Assembly: GCA_964486045.1 (NCBI GenBank)
Contig: CAZALK010000011.1
Location: forward strand, 64,001-128,000
Length of the DNA stretch: 64,000 nt
DNA from: an uncultured archaeon
Lineage (GTDB): Archaea; Asgardarchaeota; Lokiarchaeia; Sigyniarchaeales; SOKP01
Direction of reading: 5' to 3'
The position numbers and the translations under genes were made by a program. How positions within the stretch are numbered: position 1 is the first letter of the stretch; every line of letters starts with the position of its first letter. Shown here piece by piece: positions 29,647 to 40,796 of this stretch. The notes beneath the pieces are model-generated. The model was not told the origin of the DNA, searched no databases, and worked only from the letters and a program-made list of their open reading frames with translations.

Positions 29647-30930
29647 TTAAGCGTCGAGGTTTTCGATTAATGTTGCGACACCCTGACCACCTCCGACACA
29701 AGCATTAGCAACGCCGTATTTTGCTTTCTTATCTTTAAGTATTCGTGCTAATGTGCCTGGTAATCTTACCATTGTTGAGCCCAACGGATGACCAATTGCT
29801 GTTGAGCCTCCCATTACGTTGACTCTCTCTTCTGGAATATTGAAAGCTTTCATACAATTTAATGCTACGATACAGAAAGCCTCGTTAATTTCCCAGTAAT
29901 CTATATCATCAGCAGTCAAACCAGCATATTTTAAAGCTTTTTCAGATGCAGGTACAGGACCTCTACCCATAACAGTGGGATCTACACCTGAAAAACCAAT
30001 TGAAACGATTCTAGCCATCGGCTCAATACCTCTTTGTTTTGCTTCTTCTGCTTCCATTAATAAACAAGCTGTTGCACCAGCATTCAATGGAGAGGAATTC
30101 CCTGCGGTGATAACTCCTTCCTTAGTGCCTTCTCGCTTCTCATAGCCCTCTTTTCCTCCATTTTGTTCTAAAAAGAATGGTCTTGATAACCTACGTAATC
30201 CTGCAACACCTTCTAAAGTAGATTTTCTTGCCGCCATATCCCTATCAATCATCATCTTTTCTTCAACATTTCCCTCAACATGACCTTCAATAGGAATAAT
30301 TTCACCTTTAAACCATCCTTTTTCAGTATTTTCTACTGTTAAATTATGAGCTCGCACACCAAATTTGTCCATATCTTCTTTGGTGAATGCAGGAACTTCT
30401 TGTTCATAAAGTTTTTGAGCTGTTTGAATCATATTACTTGTTGTCAAGAAGTCTTGCCGTGGGCGATACCATTCGCTCTTTTTATCGATTATTTTTAAGT
30501 TTGGAGTGATGTGTGTGTTTTGCATACTAACACGGGTCATATGCTCCACACCAGTTGATAATACACATTTACTAAATCCAGTCATGATTTCCATGATGCC
30601 CATATGCATCCCTGCTCCTGCGCTCCCACATTGTTTATCAAGAAACACTGAGGAAGCTCTAAATGGCATATCGGCTAAAAATGCAGGGGTTCTGCCGCCA
30701 TAACTCCAGTTTTCGCCAACACCCATTGCACTTCCAACAGTGATTTCATCGACATCCTCTTTAGTAATGCCCTTATCTGCAAGTTTTCCCTCAAAGAATT
30801 TTAATAATAGTGTGCCAAGAAGTTCATCTCCACGGATCTCGCCAAAAACATCACGTTCTGGTTGTCTTGGTCTGGATCGCGAAAAAGCGGTTCTCGCATA
30901 ATCAATCATCCATACTTCTTTTAAGTCCAT
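29647..30930 (-). CDS. Acetyl-CoA acetyltransferase (thiolase)
   Basis: KQCGS, TAGNSS, EINEAF, GHPLG, CVGGGQG. Confidence 0.95.
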   Translation of the reverse strand: MDLKEVWMIDYARTAFSRSRPRQPERDVFGEIRGDELLGTLLLKFFEGKLADKGITKEDVDEITVGSAMGVGENWSYGGRTPAFLADMPFRASSVFLDKQCGSAGAGMHMGIMEIMTGFSKCVLSTGVEHMTRVSMQNTHITPNLKIIDKKSEWYRPRQDFLTTSNMIQTAQKLYEQEVPAFTKEDMDKFGVRAHNLTVENTEKGWFKGEIIPIEGHVEGNVEEKMMIDRDMAARKSTLEGVAGLRRLSRPFFLEQNGGKEGYEKREGTKEGVITAGNSSPLNAGATACLLMEAEEAKQRGIEPMARIVSIGFSGVDPTVMGRGPVPASEKALKYAGLTADDIDYWEINEAFCIVALNCMKAFNIPEERVNVMGGSTAIGHPLGSTMVRLPGTLARILKDKKAKYGVANACVGGGQGVATLIENLDA

Positions 30931-31127
30931 TTTTATCCCTCTAAAATTTAAGATATTTTTTGTATTTGATTATTTGATAATACTTGTTGGAAGTTTAAAA
31001 AAATATTAAACCTTTTGATAAAGAAGAGTGTTTTTTTAATACTTGATTTTTTTCGTTTCGAAAATTAGGTGATGAATATTAAGATACTATTAGAATTATT
31101 TTTATTCATAGGATATTTAGATAAAAT

Positions 31128-31553
31128 ATGCCTAAACCAAACGTGGACAGTAATAAGCCATTCCTTATATCAATAATAGCGGGGAGTACTTCAGATAAAG
31201 AAGTTTACAAGAAAACTGAAAAAGTTTTGAATGAAAATGGTATAGCATATGATCTGCAAATTCTTTCCGCACATCGAAATCCCGCAGAATTAGATGAGTA
31301 TATTAAAAATTGTAACTCTCTAATTTATATAGCAATTGCTGGACTTTCTGCTGCTTTACCAGGAGTTATTGCTTCAAAGACAGATAAACCCGTTATAGGT
31401 GTTCCTGTAAGTACAAAATTAGGGGGATTAGATGCTTTATTATCTATAGTACAAATGCCTCCAGGAGTTCCTGTAGCAAGTGTAGGCATAGATAGAGGCG
31501 AAAATGCAGCACATTTGGCAATGAGAATATTAAAATTATCAAAAACTAATTAA
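31128..31553 (+). CDS. purE: N5-CAIR mutase / AIR carboxylase
   Basis: [37 protein letters not shown]. Confidence 0.95.
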   Translation: MPKPNVDSNKPFLISIIAGSTSDKEVYKKTEKVLNENGIAYDLQILSAHRNPAELDEYIKNCNSLIYIAIAGLSAALPGVIASKTDKPVIGVPVSTKLGGLDALLSIVQMPPGVPVASVGIDRGENAAHLAMRILKLSKTN

Positions 31554-31567
31554 ATAAAGGGTTTTCA

Positions 31568-32281
31568 ATGAGCGAGAATCTAATTGAGAAAGGCAAAAAA
31601 AACGCTGCAATTAAAGCTGTTGATGAAAATATCAAGGTAGGGATGGTCTTAGGAATAGGAAGCGGTTCTACTGTAGTTTATGCTGTAGAAAAAATAGCAG
31701 AGTTAAACCAAGAGAAAGATTTAAAGTTAAAGTGTATTCCTACATCTTTTCAATCATCTCAATTAATAGTGGAAAATAGATTGACATTAGCTTCACTCGA
31801 CCAATATCCTGAATTAGATCTTGATATTGATGGGGCTGATGAAATAGACAAAAAACTAAATTTGATTAAAGGCGGTGGAGGGTGTTTAGTGCAAGAGAAG
31901 ATCGTGGCTTCAAATTCTAAAAAATTTGTTATTGTTGCAGACTTTAGGAAAAATTCAGTAAATTTAGGAGAAAAATGTGTAAGCGGAGTCCCAATTGAAG
32001 TTATTCCAATCTCTTACGTTCCAATAATGAAAAAATTAGAAAAATTAGGAGGAACTCCCGTGCTTCGGATGGCAAAAGCAAAAGCAGGGCCTTTAGTATC
32101 TGACAACGGTAATTTCATTATTGATGCTAACTTTGGCGTAATAAAAGATCCGGGAGAATTAAACTTAAACATTTTAACTATTCCTGGAGTAGTTGACACA
32201 GGATTGTTTGTTGGTATGACTTCTAAAGCATATATTGGATTAGAAGATGGAAAAGTAACTACACTGGTAAAAAAAAATTAA
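31568..32281 (+). CDS. rpiA: Ribose-5-phosphate isomerase A
   Basis: GIGSGST, DGADE, IKGGGG, DNGN.I.D, GVVDTGLF. Confidence 0.97.
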   Translation: MSENLIEKGKKNAAIKAVDENIKVGMVLGIGSGSTVVYAVEKIAELNQEKDLKLKCIPTSFQSSQLIVENRLTLASLDQYPELDLDIDGADEIDKKLNLIKGGGGCLVQEKIVASNSKKFVIVADFRKNSVNLGEKCVSGVPIEVIPISYVPIMKKLEKLGGTPVLRMAKAKAGPLVSDNGNFIIDANFGVIKDPGELNLNILTIPGVVDTGLFVGMTSKAYIGLEDGKVTTLVKKN

Positions 32282-32307
32282 GATTTAGATAATAAAGATA
32301 AATCATT

Positions 32308-35300
32308 TTATTCTTCCTGATTAAATGTAAGAGATTCTCCACAACTAGAGCAGAATTTCTTTGGTTTTTTTACAAGAAATCCACAGAAGGGACAATAAAT
32401 TGACTGACCTGATGGATCTAATGGCTCAGGTGTTAGATATTCTTCTTCTCTTTCATATATAGCCCTATAATCATAATCTTGATATTCTGGTTGAGTGAAA
32501 GTAATTCTAGGAGCTCTTTTCCTTCTTTTAGAATAAATTAACGCACTAACAATTCCAATTACTGCTACAATCCCTAATATTACAAAGAAAAAAGAAGATA
32601 AATCAACGGGATTCCCAGCTATATTCAAAACAATTATAAAATCCTCCCAACCTCCTTCACTATCATAAACTGTAATGAGTAATACACCCAGATATCCTTG
32701 ATTAGTGACAAAATCAAAGCCTGCAGCGGTTGATACTGTCTTTACACCTTCTAGTGTAGAATATTCAAATGAATTTGGTATACTCAAAAAACCCTCGTAC
32801 ATTTCTGAAAAACTCTGATAACTTAATTCAGTGACCCCAATTGTGCTTGGAAATATGAAAATAAGAAATCCACCATCTATCACTGAAGCCATGAACATGT
32901 TGATAAACACCCTCATATTAGATTTTTCATCCTCATAATTAACTGAATCTTCTACATCAATAAAAAAATTAAATCTTGAACCTTGTTTTGCCGAATATAC
33001 TAAAGAACCATCATCTGATTCAGTTTCCTCAAAGGTAACATCCATGCTACCAACGGAATTAAAAAAAGAACTCGCTTCTAATATTATAGGGGGATTATTT
33101 TTTATTTGAAATGAGTCTCTTGGTGAATTTGGATTCGTATAATTTTCATTTGATGGTATAATATAATATATCGCATAACCAGAGGGGTCGCTAATTTGAG
33201 GAATAAAAGTGGTGTTGTAGTTATTTGAGTTCAAATAACTAAATGATATCGTTTTATTTACAGATTTTTTAGAATTGAAGAAAGAATTAGAATATATAGT
33301 AAGAAAAGCATCTATACTTCCATTTGTTGAGTTATCGACAGTAGCAGTTAAATTCACTTTTTCGCTGTTCTCTCTCGTTATTGATGTTTTATTTGATGAT
33401 AAATTAACTATTGTTGGAACTTTAGAATTATCATAATAGAGCAATTTTGTGGACTTATTATAGGATACCGAACCTATTGTTAAATTTATTGTGAAAGTAT
33501 ATGGAATATAACTTGCAGCTGGTAAATTATAACTATAGTTAAAATAAATTCCATCACTTGCGAGAGTATCATTAATAATAATTTCTTGAGTATAATTTTC
33601 CTTCTCTACTGTTAATTCTAAAGTGTCATAATCTATACTTGCTAGTGGGGTTTCAGAAACTTGATCCTTCATAAATATTGAGAGATTTATTTGGGAATTT
33701 GAAGTACGTTCAGAGCCCAGTTCTAGATTAATTGATACATTTTCTTCTGGTAAGAGAAAATTAACAATATTTTTTAACAAATTATAGTGATCTTGAGAAT
33801 AACTCAGGGTTGTATATCTGTTATAAGCCCAGTGAAAATCACCAAATGCTAAAAAATTCCCTTTTCCTTGTTGAGTCCCATTATATAGTGCGACTACAGA
33901 TTTACCACCTACAGATGCAATTGACTCCGCGTCATTTGAAACTTCGAAGCTATTTCCATAAAGCCATTGAAATTGACTTACATTAGCAAAGATTGATAAG
34001 TTATTAAGATCTATGATACTTTGATAGTTGATCCTTGTATTTATTCCTAACCAGTTATCATCCATTATATTTTCTTCATTTATTTGGATATCAATCCCTA
34101 GTTGCATAAATAGATAATTTACATTGTCGAGTGCCATATCTTGATATCGAGTACCAAAAAACAACAGATTTCCTCCATTATCATAGTAGTTTTTTAAATT
34201 TATTATTTCTAGAGGGCTATAAGGCAAAATAGGAGTTTGTAATAAGATTAGATCATATTGTGCCAATCTTTCTTCCGTTAGTATTGAATTATCTGTATCT
34301 TTATTATAATCGGGTGTCCAATATTCCATCCCGTAATCAATTGATATATTTAGATCATAAATGTCACTCATAACATCATAAAAACCTATTTGATTAAATG
34401 AGACTTCAGGAAACCAATCATTTAAACCATGAAAGGATTCCATTAGCATACGGTATTCTGGTAATTTAATATCTAAATGGATATCAACTGTGTCATATAT
34501 TTTCCCTCCTATTGTTAAGTTAAGTTGAATATCTCTAATACCAGGAATAGCATCTTTATTAACCTCTATATCTATTTCTATAAATCCAATCCCAGAATCA
34601 GAAAAGATTATTGATGTTTTATCTAGATTAAGAGATATTCCTTGAGTATTATTTGATACTTCTATATCATACGTATTTACGATACCAGAAATTACTGTTA
34701 AGTTAAATTTTTGGCGATCTCCCGGAAATCTTATTAAATCGTAGGGTTTTACAGGTAAATTATCAGGAAAAACCTTGGCGGTATCATTATAATCTGGTGT
34801 AATATTACTTAGATAATTCAAAGAGGCAGTTATATTTATTAACCCTGCTCCAGACTTGAGAACGTCATCCTCAGCTTCGTTGAAAAGTTTTCTGGAACCT
34901 TCCAGAAGAGCTATTCTAGCTGTTTCAGGCGTTATGTTAGGATAAGCCTCTTTTAGAATTGCCAATGCTCCTGAAACAACAGGGGCAGCCATGCTTGTTC
35001 CACTTAAAGGGATATAATCGGCATCACCAGAGAAATCAAAAAAATTTCCCATCAATCTCTCTTCCTTCGAAATAGCTGAATCTCTTGCTTCTGCTGAAAT
35101 TATATTTACTCCGGGTGCAACTACATCCGGATATCCTAAATATCCAAAAGTAGGCCCCCAACTGCTAAATGAAGCCAATTTATCATTACTATCACTTGCT
35201 CCTACAGATATCACATCAACCCCCGAAGCGGGTGAAGAGCCTGTAAAATAATCTGGTCCAGAATTTCCAGCTGAGGCAACAAAAATAACTCCATATGCAT

Positions 35301-36306
35301 CCTGGGCGTTTGATATCGCATCAGTTAGTATATCACTTATGTAGGGATAGACTCCACCAAAACTCATTGAAATGATATCGGCTCCAGCACCTCCCAGGCC
35401 AATTGGTTTAGAACTCCAATCAATAGCACTTATAATGTCGAAATCTTCCAAACCACTAGCGTTTCCTGCCCTTGCATTGATTAATGACACTCCCGGAGCA
35501 ATACCTCGATATTTTCCATCAGAACCAGTCCCATCCCCTCCAATAATTCCTGCAACGTGAGTTCCATGTCCTACGTTATCATCAAAATCCGTTTCATTTT
35601 CATCTGTAACGAAATTTTGATTTTCGACAACGTTTAATCCTGGGTGGTTGTAAATCCCTGTGTCTATTACTGCAACTTTTACTCCTGATCCATCATATGT
35701 CAAATTTTCTGCTCCAACTGCTGTTAACCACCAATTAGAATAAGAATTTTTGTTTAAAGCGTTTAGTTGGAGTGAATCATCAATAATATATGGGTTTTCA
35801 AACGTTTCTGATTTATAAATTTTTTTTATTTCTTTTATCCCATTCAAATTCTCTTGCTTTATTAATAGTTCTGAGGGAGATACTTTAATATAAGTTCCGG
35901 GAATAATATCATAATTGTTGATAATTTCGTAATCTTCAAATATTGAGTCGATAATCATAATTCTTTTCGCTTTATTTACATTTTCTTTAAAAAGTAGGAT
36001 TATTTTCAAATAATTTTGATTACTAGGTGAAGATCTGGTCAAATTAAGAAGAGAACTTTGAAGTTTATCATCAAAAACAGATTTAAAGTGTTCTGACATA
36101 GAATCTGATTCAGCTTGGCTTAAATCTGCGTTAATAGGAAAATTAAAGTTTGACATTTCAACTTTGTTAATATATGATTGATTTGTGAGAAAATAATTAG
36201 TATTTTTATCCCCCAATCCCAAAAGTGGAAAAATTTGAAAAGATATCAAAACAAAAATAATAATTAGAAATAAGGTACTTTTTCTAGATTTTCTCATAGC
36301 TAACAC
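32308..36306 (-). CDS. Membrane-anchored S8 subtilase with GATase/DUF4350-like domain, C-terminal TM and zinc ribbon
   Basis: Signal peptide; IDTG, HGTHVAG, AGNSG, GTSMA; TM FFFVILGIVAVIGIVSALIY; CPFC...CSSC. Confidence 0.9.
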   Translation of the reverse strand: MLAMRKSRKSTLFLIIIFVLISFQIFPLLGLGDKNTNYFLTNQSYINKVEMSNFNFPINADLSQAESDSMSEHFKSVFDDKLQSSLLNLTRSSPSNQNYLKIILLFKENVNKAKRIMIIDSIFEDYEIINNYDIIPGTYIKVSPSELLIKQENLNGIKEIKKIYKSETFENPYIIDDSLQLNALNKNSYSNWWLTAVGAENLTYDGSGVKVAVIDTGIYNHPGLNVVENQNFVTDENETDFDDNVGHGTHVAGIIGGDGTGSDGKYRGIAPGVSLINARAGNASGLEDFDIISAIDWSSKPIGLGGAGADIISMSFGGVYPYISDILTDAISNAQDAYGVIFVASAGNSGPDYFTGSSPASGVDVISVGASDSNDKLASFSSWGPTFGYLGYPDVVAPGVNIISAEARDSAISKEERLMGNFFDFSGDADYIPLSGTSMAAPVVSGALAILKEAYPNITPETARIALLEGSRKLFNEAEDDVLKSGAGLINITASLNYLSNITPDYNDTAKVFPDNLPVKPYDLIRFPGDRQKFNLTVISGIVNTYDIEVSNNTQGISLNLDKTSIIFSDSGIGFIEIDIEVNKDAIPGIRDIQLNLTIGGKIYDTVDIHLDIKLPEYRMLMESFHGLNDWFPEVSFNQIGFYDVMSDIYDLNISIDYGMEYWTPDYNKDTDNSILTEERLAQYDLILLQTPILPYSPLEIINLKNYYDNGGNLLFFGTRYQDMALDNVNYLFMQLGIDIQINEENIMDDNWLGINTRINYQSIIDLNNLSIFANVSQFQWLYGNSFEVSNDAESIASVGGKSVVALYNGTQQGKGNFLAFGDFHWAYNRYTTLSYSQDHYNLLKNIVNFLLPEENVSINLELGSERTSNSQINLSIFMKDQVSETPLASIDYDTLELTVEKENYTQEIIINDTLASDGIYFNYSYNLPAASYIPYTFTINLTIGSVSYNKSTKLLYYDNSKVPTIVNLSSNKTSITRENSEKVNLTATVDNSTNGSIDAFLTIYSNSFFNSKKSVNKTISFSYLNSNNYNTTFIPQISDPSGYAIYYIIPSNENYTNPNSPRDSFQIKNNPPIILEASSFFNSVGSMDVTFEETESDDGSLVYSAKQGSRFNFFIDVEDSVNYEDEKSNMRVFINMFMASVIDGGFLIFIFPSTIGVTELSYQSFSEMYEGFLSIPNSFEYSTLEGVKTVSTAAGFDFVTNQGYLGVLLITVYDSEGGWEDFIIVLNIAGNPVDLSSFFFVILGIVAVIGIVSALIYSKRRKRAPRITFTQPEYQDYDYRAIYEREEEYLTPEPLDPSGQSIYCPFCGFLVKKPKKFCSSCGESLTFNQEE

Positions 36307-36419
36307 AAGATAAAGTAGGTATTTAATGTTTCTTTTAATAACTAAAAAACTATTATTTTAAAAAATTATAGATTCGACAAATCTAGAATTATTAGGAAGA
36401 AGCAAGAAACCATAATCCC

Positions 36420-37676
36420 CTATTTTTCTGAAAGGATTTTTTTAGAAATAGAAAGAGCACAATGTTTCCCACACATAGTACATACTCCATGCTCTACTAT
36501 GTCTCTTTTCTTTGGTTCTTCGGGATCAATGCAATGTTCAAACTGTTTATTCCAGTCTTTCTGAAATCGATATTTTGAAAGCTCTAAATCGTCACGAAAT
36601 AGATGATTTAATCCGAACTTTAGAGAGTCTCCTACATGGGACGCAATTTTGCACGCAATCAAACCGTTTTTAATATCTTCTATTGTAGGTAGGCAGAGAT
36701 GTTCTGCAGGTGTAATCGCACATAGATAATCTGCTCCAAATCCAGATGCAAAAGCACCTCCAATAGCGGCAGCAATATGATCATACCCTACAGCATTATC
36801 AATAGGTATTGGTCCTGAAACAAAAAGTGGACGGTTATTTGTCAGTTTTTTATGAATTTTTACCCATTCTATTAAATCACCCACATTAACATGGCCACCT
36901 AGGCTCTCTAAAATCACTTGAATTCCATATTCATTTGCCTTTTTAGCAAGTTTACTATTCATGAGGATTTCTTCAAGTTGTAACTCGTCAACCTTATCAT
37001 GGATACATCCACTTCTCATGGCGTTACCTAAATTTAATACGGGATCATAATCTTTAAGCATCTCTAAAATATACTCAAAATTACTAAAAAAAGGATTTTC
37101 AACATGGTTTTCACTCATGATGGAAGCTGTAAAGCTACCCCCCTTTGAAACCATTCCCATTATTCTTTTTCCTTTCATTTTTTCAAGCATCTTTAGGTTA
37201 AAACCCGCGTGAATTACAATCGAACTAATCCCATCCTTTAATTGTTTCTCAATTACGTTCCATAATAAATCTTCAGAAATATTGGTTAGAGAGTCTGCTT
37301 CAATAACCGTCTGGTAAATAGGAACTGTGGTTATGGGAAGATTTGAAGAATTCAAAATCCTTTTTCTAATGCTATCAATATCACCACCCATTGAGAGATC
37401 GGATAAGGTGTCTGCACCATATTTTTGAGCAATTTTCACTTTTTCCATTTCATTTTCAGTATTAATCGTGGATGAGGAGGTTCCCAAATTAACGTTAATC
37501 TTAGTTCGTAAAGGAAATCCTATACCCAAGGGGTTATTACTGTCTCGTTTCATAATTACAATCTCCCCCTTTGAGATTCCTCTCATGATTTTATTCACTT
37601 TAATTTTCTCCATCTCAGCGACACGTTTAACCTCTTCCGTAATATTTCCGTTTAAAATTTCCTTAAGAATCGTCAT
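36420..37676 (-). CDS. thiC: Phosphomethylpyrimidine synthase ThiC (or ThiC-family paralogue such as BzaA/B/F)
   Basis: TKINVNLGTS, GADT..DLS.GG, TVPIYQ, GYDHI, TPAEHL, CTMCG..CA. Confidence 0.8.
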   Translation of the reverse strand: MTILKEILNGNITEEVKRVAEMEKIKVNKIMRGISKGEIVIMKRDSNNPLGIGFPLRTKINVNLGTSSSTINTENEMEKVKIAQKYGADTLSDLSMGGDIDSIRKRILNSSNLPITTVPIYQTVIEADSLTNISEDLLWNVIEKQLKDGISSIVIHAGFNLKMLEKMKGKRIMGMVSKGGSFTASIMSENHVENPFFSNFEYILEMLKDYDPVLNLGNAMRSGCIHDKVDELQLEEILMNSKLAKKANEYGIQVILESLGGHVNVGDLIEWVKIHKKLTNNRPLFVSGPIPIDNAVGYDHIAAAIGGAFASGFGADYLCAITPAEHLCLPTIEDIKNGLIACKIASHVGDSLKFGLNHLFRDDLELSKYRFQKDWNKQFEHCIDPEEPKKRDIVEHGVCTMCGKHCALSISKKILSEK

Positions 37677-37869
37677 ATCTAAATAATTTGTTAATAATTT
37701 TCATCAAAATAATAAAAAACTTTATGATAAAAATTAAAAATATTGAATTCTATTGAATTTTTCCACAATAATTATACAGTCTGATTTCTCTTTCTCGCCA
37801 TTCTTGTAAAAGAGCCTATTAATGCTCAAAATTTTTATAGAACTATAATTTAACTAAATTTGATTAAAA

Positions 37870-39039
37870 ATGACAGTACGTGATGAAGAAAATCCGGATC
37901 AAAAATTTGTTAGAGCAGCTGAAATTTTGACTGGAGCAAAAATTGGTACTAAAATGCCGGATGAATTAGTTGGAATTTTAAAAATTGCTGTTGGGGAAGA
38001 CAATGCTGATTTTTTAGAGGCATTTGCTGAGAAAACCTCATTCACTATGGAAGAATTAAAGGAAAGCCTAAAAAATAAAGGTATTGAATTAACTGAAGAC
38101 GAAATCTTAGCTAAGGTTGATTTCCTCGCAAATAATGGTGTAATGATGGATCAGCCTACAAGTCAAGGTGTAAAAATTTACCGTACACTCGGTATAGCTA
38201 GAATATTTGATTATATTTTTATGAGAGATGTTGATGCAGAGGATGAAGATATTAAGAAGCTAGCTAAATTACAGCATGATTGGATGGAGAGAAGAAGAAA
38301 AAATGTTCAAAATAAATACGATATCTTTGAATCTACAATTAATAAAGTCATGCCAATCGACAGAACAATAATCAGTAGCTACGAGAATCAGAATACTGGT
38401 GATGAGATTGAGATAAAAATTGATAAGACAATAGAGACACCCCAAGAGATGATTTTACCGAGTCAAACAGTCCAAGAAATTATTGATAAATACGATGACA
38501 TCGCTGTAGGTTATTGTTACTGTCGGAACCATGCAAAAGTTCTTGGAGAGCCATGTGAACAAACACACATCAAGGAAAGCTGCTTTACCTTTGGAAAGAG
38601 TGCACTACATACAGCTAAATATGGTTTTTCGAGACTTATATCCAAAGAAGAAGCATTGGACATTTTTGCGAAAATTCGTGATGATGGGTTAGTACATAAA
38701 GTTATGCATTTACGAGCTAATCCAGAGCTCCGTGAGGACGCTATATGTAATTGCTGTACTGATTGTTGCCCTCAAAGTAGAGGATTTATGCTAGCACCAA
38801 CAGCTAATTATACCAATTACTTAGCAGAGATTAATCCAGAATTATGTACCGGTTGTGGTATATGTGTAGAAAAATGTCATCAATTGATAATAGAACTTAA
38901 TGATGATGATATCGCTGAAAGGGATGAAGAAAGTTGCATAGGTTGTGGTGTTTGTGCATATTTTTGCCCTGAAAATGCCATTTCTATGGTTAAAACTCCA
39001 TTAAGAATTGTTCGAATGATGCCTCCTCTTCGAAAATAA
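37870..39039 (+). CDS. 4Fe-4S dicluster protein (CxCR / CNCCxxCC family)
   Basis: CYCR, ICNCCTDCC, two CxxCxxCxxxC. Confidence 0.85.
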   Translation: MTVRDEENPDQKFVRAAEILTGAKIGTKMPDELVGILKIAVGEDNADFLEAFAEKTSFTMEELKESLKNKGIELTEDEILAKVDFLANNGVMMDQPTSQGVKIYRTLGIARIFDYIFMRDVDAEDEDIKKLAKLQHDWMERRRKNVQNKYDIFESTINKVMPIDRTIISSYENQNTGDEIEIKIDKTIETPQEMILPSQTVQEIIDKYDDIAVGYCYCRNHAKVLGEPCEQTHIKESCFTFGKSALHTAKYGFSRLISKEEALDIFAKIRDDGLVHKVMHLRANPELREDAICNCCTDCCPQSRGFMLAPTANYTNYLAEINPELCTGCGICVEKCHQLIIELNDDDIAERDEESCIGCGVCAYFCPENAISMVKTPLRIVRMMPPLRK

Positions 39040-39087
39040 GTGATATCCCCCCCATAAATTATAAAACAACATATCATAAAGGTAAAA

Positions 39088-40128
39088 ATGATGTCTGACG
39101 AATCTTATGTAGAATTAAGAGAGTATATAAATAAAAACTCAATTGGATTTCCTGACACCCCCTCTGGTGTTGGAGTAAAAATATTGAAAAGACTTTTTTC
39201 GGTAAAAGAAGCAGAAATCGTTTTAAAATTGAAACCTTCTCGAAAAAGGGAAACTGCAGATCAAATAACAAAACGAACCGGCTTAGATAAAAATGAGGTC
39301 GAAAAAGAATTGGAATCCTTATCTAAGAAAGGACTACTTTTCCGAATCCGACGAGGTAATACAACCATCTATAATTTAGCACCTTTCATGATTGGACTAT
39401 ATGAATATTCAGTGCAAAACGTAGATGAGGAACTAGCTCAATTATATCGAGAATATTTTGATACAACATATATTTTTGAACTGGGCAAATTTAATGTACC
39501 GGGCTTTAAGGTTATCCCGATCGAAGAAACAATTGAAACTGATACAGTTCTTTTACCTTACCAAAACCTTAAACAGAGTATAAAAAATGCTAGAATAATC
39601 TCTGTTGCTGAGTGCATTTGCAGAAAAGAAGGTAAGCTCGTTCAAAGTGACCATAATGAGGATCACCCTATGGAAACTTGTCTAAGTTTTGGTGCTGCTG
39701 CGGAGTATTATATTGAAAACGATATAGGACGAGAAATAACTGCTGATGAAGCGATAAAAATTATCGATGAAGCCGACGAAGCGGGATTAGTTCACGCGGG
39801 AGCTAATAAAACACATTTATCCAATATTTGCAATTGCTGTCCGTGTTGTTGTGGTTTGATGAGAGGTATAACCCAATTTGGTCTTGATAAACATAAGTTC
39901 ATGAATGCATTATTCGAATCGATTATTGAAAAAGATCTATGTATTGGTTGTAATGCTTGCGTTGAAAGGTGTCCTGTTGGTGCAATTTCTTTAGAAGAAG
40001 ATTTTGCTGTAGTTGATCGGAACAGGTGTCTTGGTTGTGGTTTATGTCATAGAACTTGCCCTGAAGAAGCAATAATTTTACAATTAAGAGAAGATAGGGT
40101 GGAACCCTTCGCAAGTTTAAAAATCTAA
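39088..40128 (+). CDS. 4Fe-4S dicluster protein, same family as upstream gene, N-terminal HTH
   Basis: CICR, ICNCCPCCC, two CxxCxxCxxxCP. Confidence 0.85.
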   Translation: MMSDESYVELREYINKNSIGFPDTPSGVGVKILKRLFSVKEAEIVLKLKPSRKRETADQITKRTGLDKNEVEKELESLSKKGLLFRIRRGNTTIYNLAPFMIGLYEYSVQNVDEELAQLYREYFDTTYIFELGKFNVPGFKVIPIEETIETDTVLLPYQNLKQSIKNARIISVAECICRKEGKLVQSDHNEDHPMETCLSFGAAAEYYIENDIGREITADEAIKIIDEADEAGLVHAGANKTHLSNICNCCPCCCGLMRGITQFGLDKHKFMNALFESIIEKDLCIGCNACVERCPVGAISLEEDFAVVDRNRCLGCGLCHRTCPEEAIILQLREDRVEPFASLKI

Positions 40129-40259
40129 ATTTATTTACAATTCTTTTAATTTGTTATCGAAAAAATCAGAGAAAAAAATTATTTATTCACATGATCCAGA
40201 AATGCTTTAACTACCATTTTGAATTTTGGATCACAAACTACAGTTATATTGTCTTTTCA

Positions 40260-40304
40260 GAATGGAAAGGTAAATTCAGAGTCCTATTTCAATGAAAATT
40301 TAGT
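40260..40304. repeat. Dispersed palindromic repeat, copy 1
   Basis: GAATGGAAAGGTAAATTCAGAGTCCTATTTCAATGAAAATTTAGT. Confidence 0.75.
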
Positions 40305-40603
40305 GAAAATTACATAATAACTGGCGATTTTTTAATAATAGAAGAAAATATAAGACCGATAGTATGTATTTAATTTGAAGAGAAGGTAATGAATAATCGT
40401 GAAAATATACTTAGAAACTTCGGTTATTATTCATAATAAGAAGATGACCAAGTAAGAATTTGACATTCTTGATGTCCCATTAATAAAACAACTTCCAATT
40501 AAATAAAACTTGTTTTTCTAGCATTTTATTAATTAAAAATTGAGGACTTTACTATATTTAAAGGATATTATCAATTAAATTGATGGAAACAGAGAATGGG
40601 CAA

Positions 40604-40675
40604 TGGACCCAGCGGGAATTGAACCCGCGGCCTTTTCCATGCCAAGGAAACGATCTTCCACTAATCCATGGGCCC
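40604..40675 (-). tRNA. tRNA-Ala(GGC)
   Basis: GGGCCCA/TGGGTCC acceptor with G3:U70, anticodon arm TTTCC-TTGGCAT-GGAAA, GTTCAATTC T-loop. Confidence 0.95.
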
Positions 40676-40796
40676 TATACTGTAAATTAAAAAACGTTCC
40701 CAAATAATTAAATTTTTTTGTTTTGGGGTTTTGAAACTAGCAATTTCCAAAAAAAAGGAAAAAAAATGAGATTATTAAAAAGTAAAAAAGATTTTT

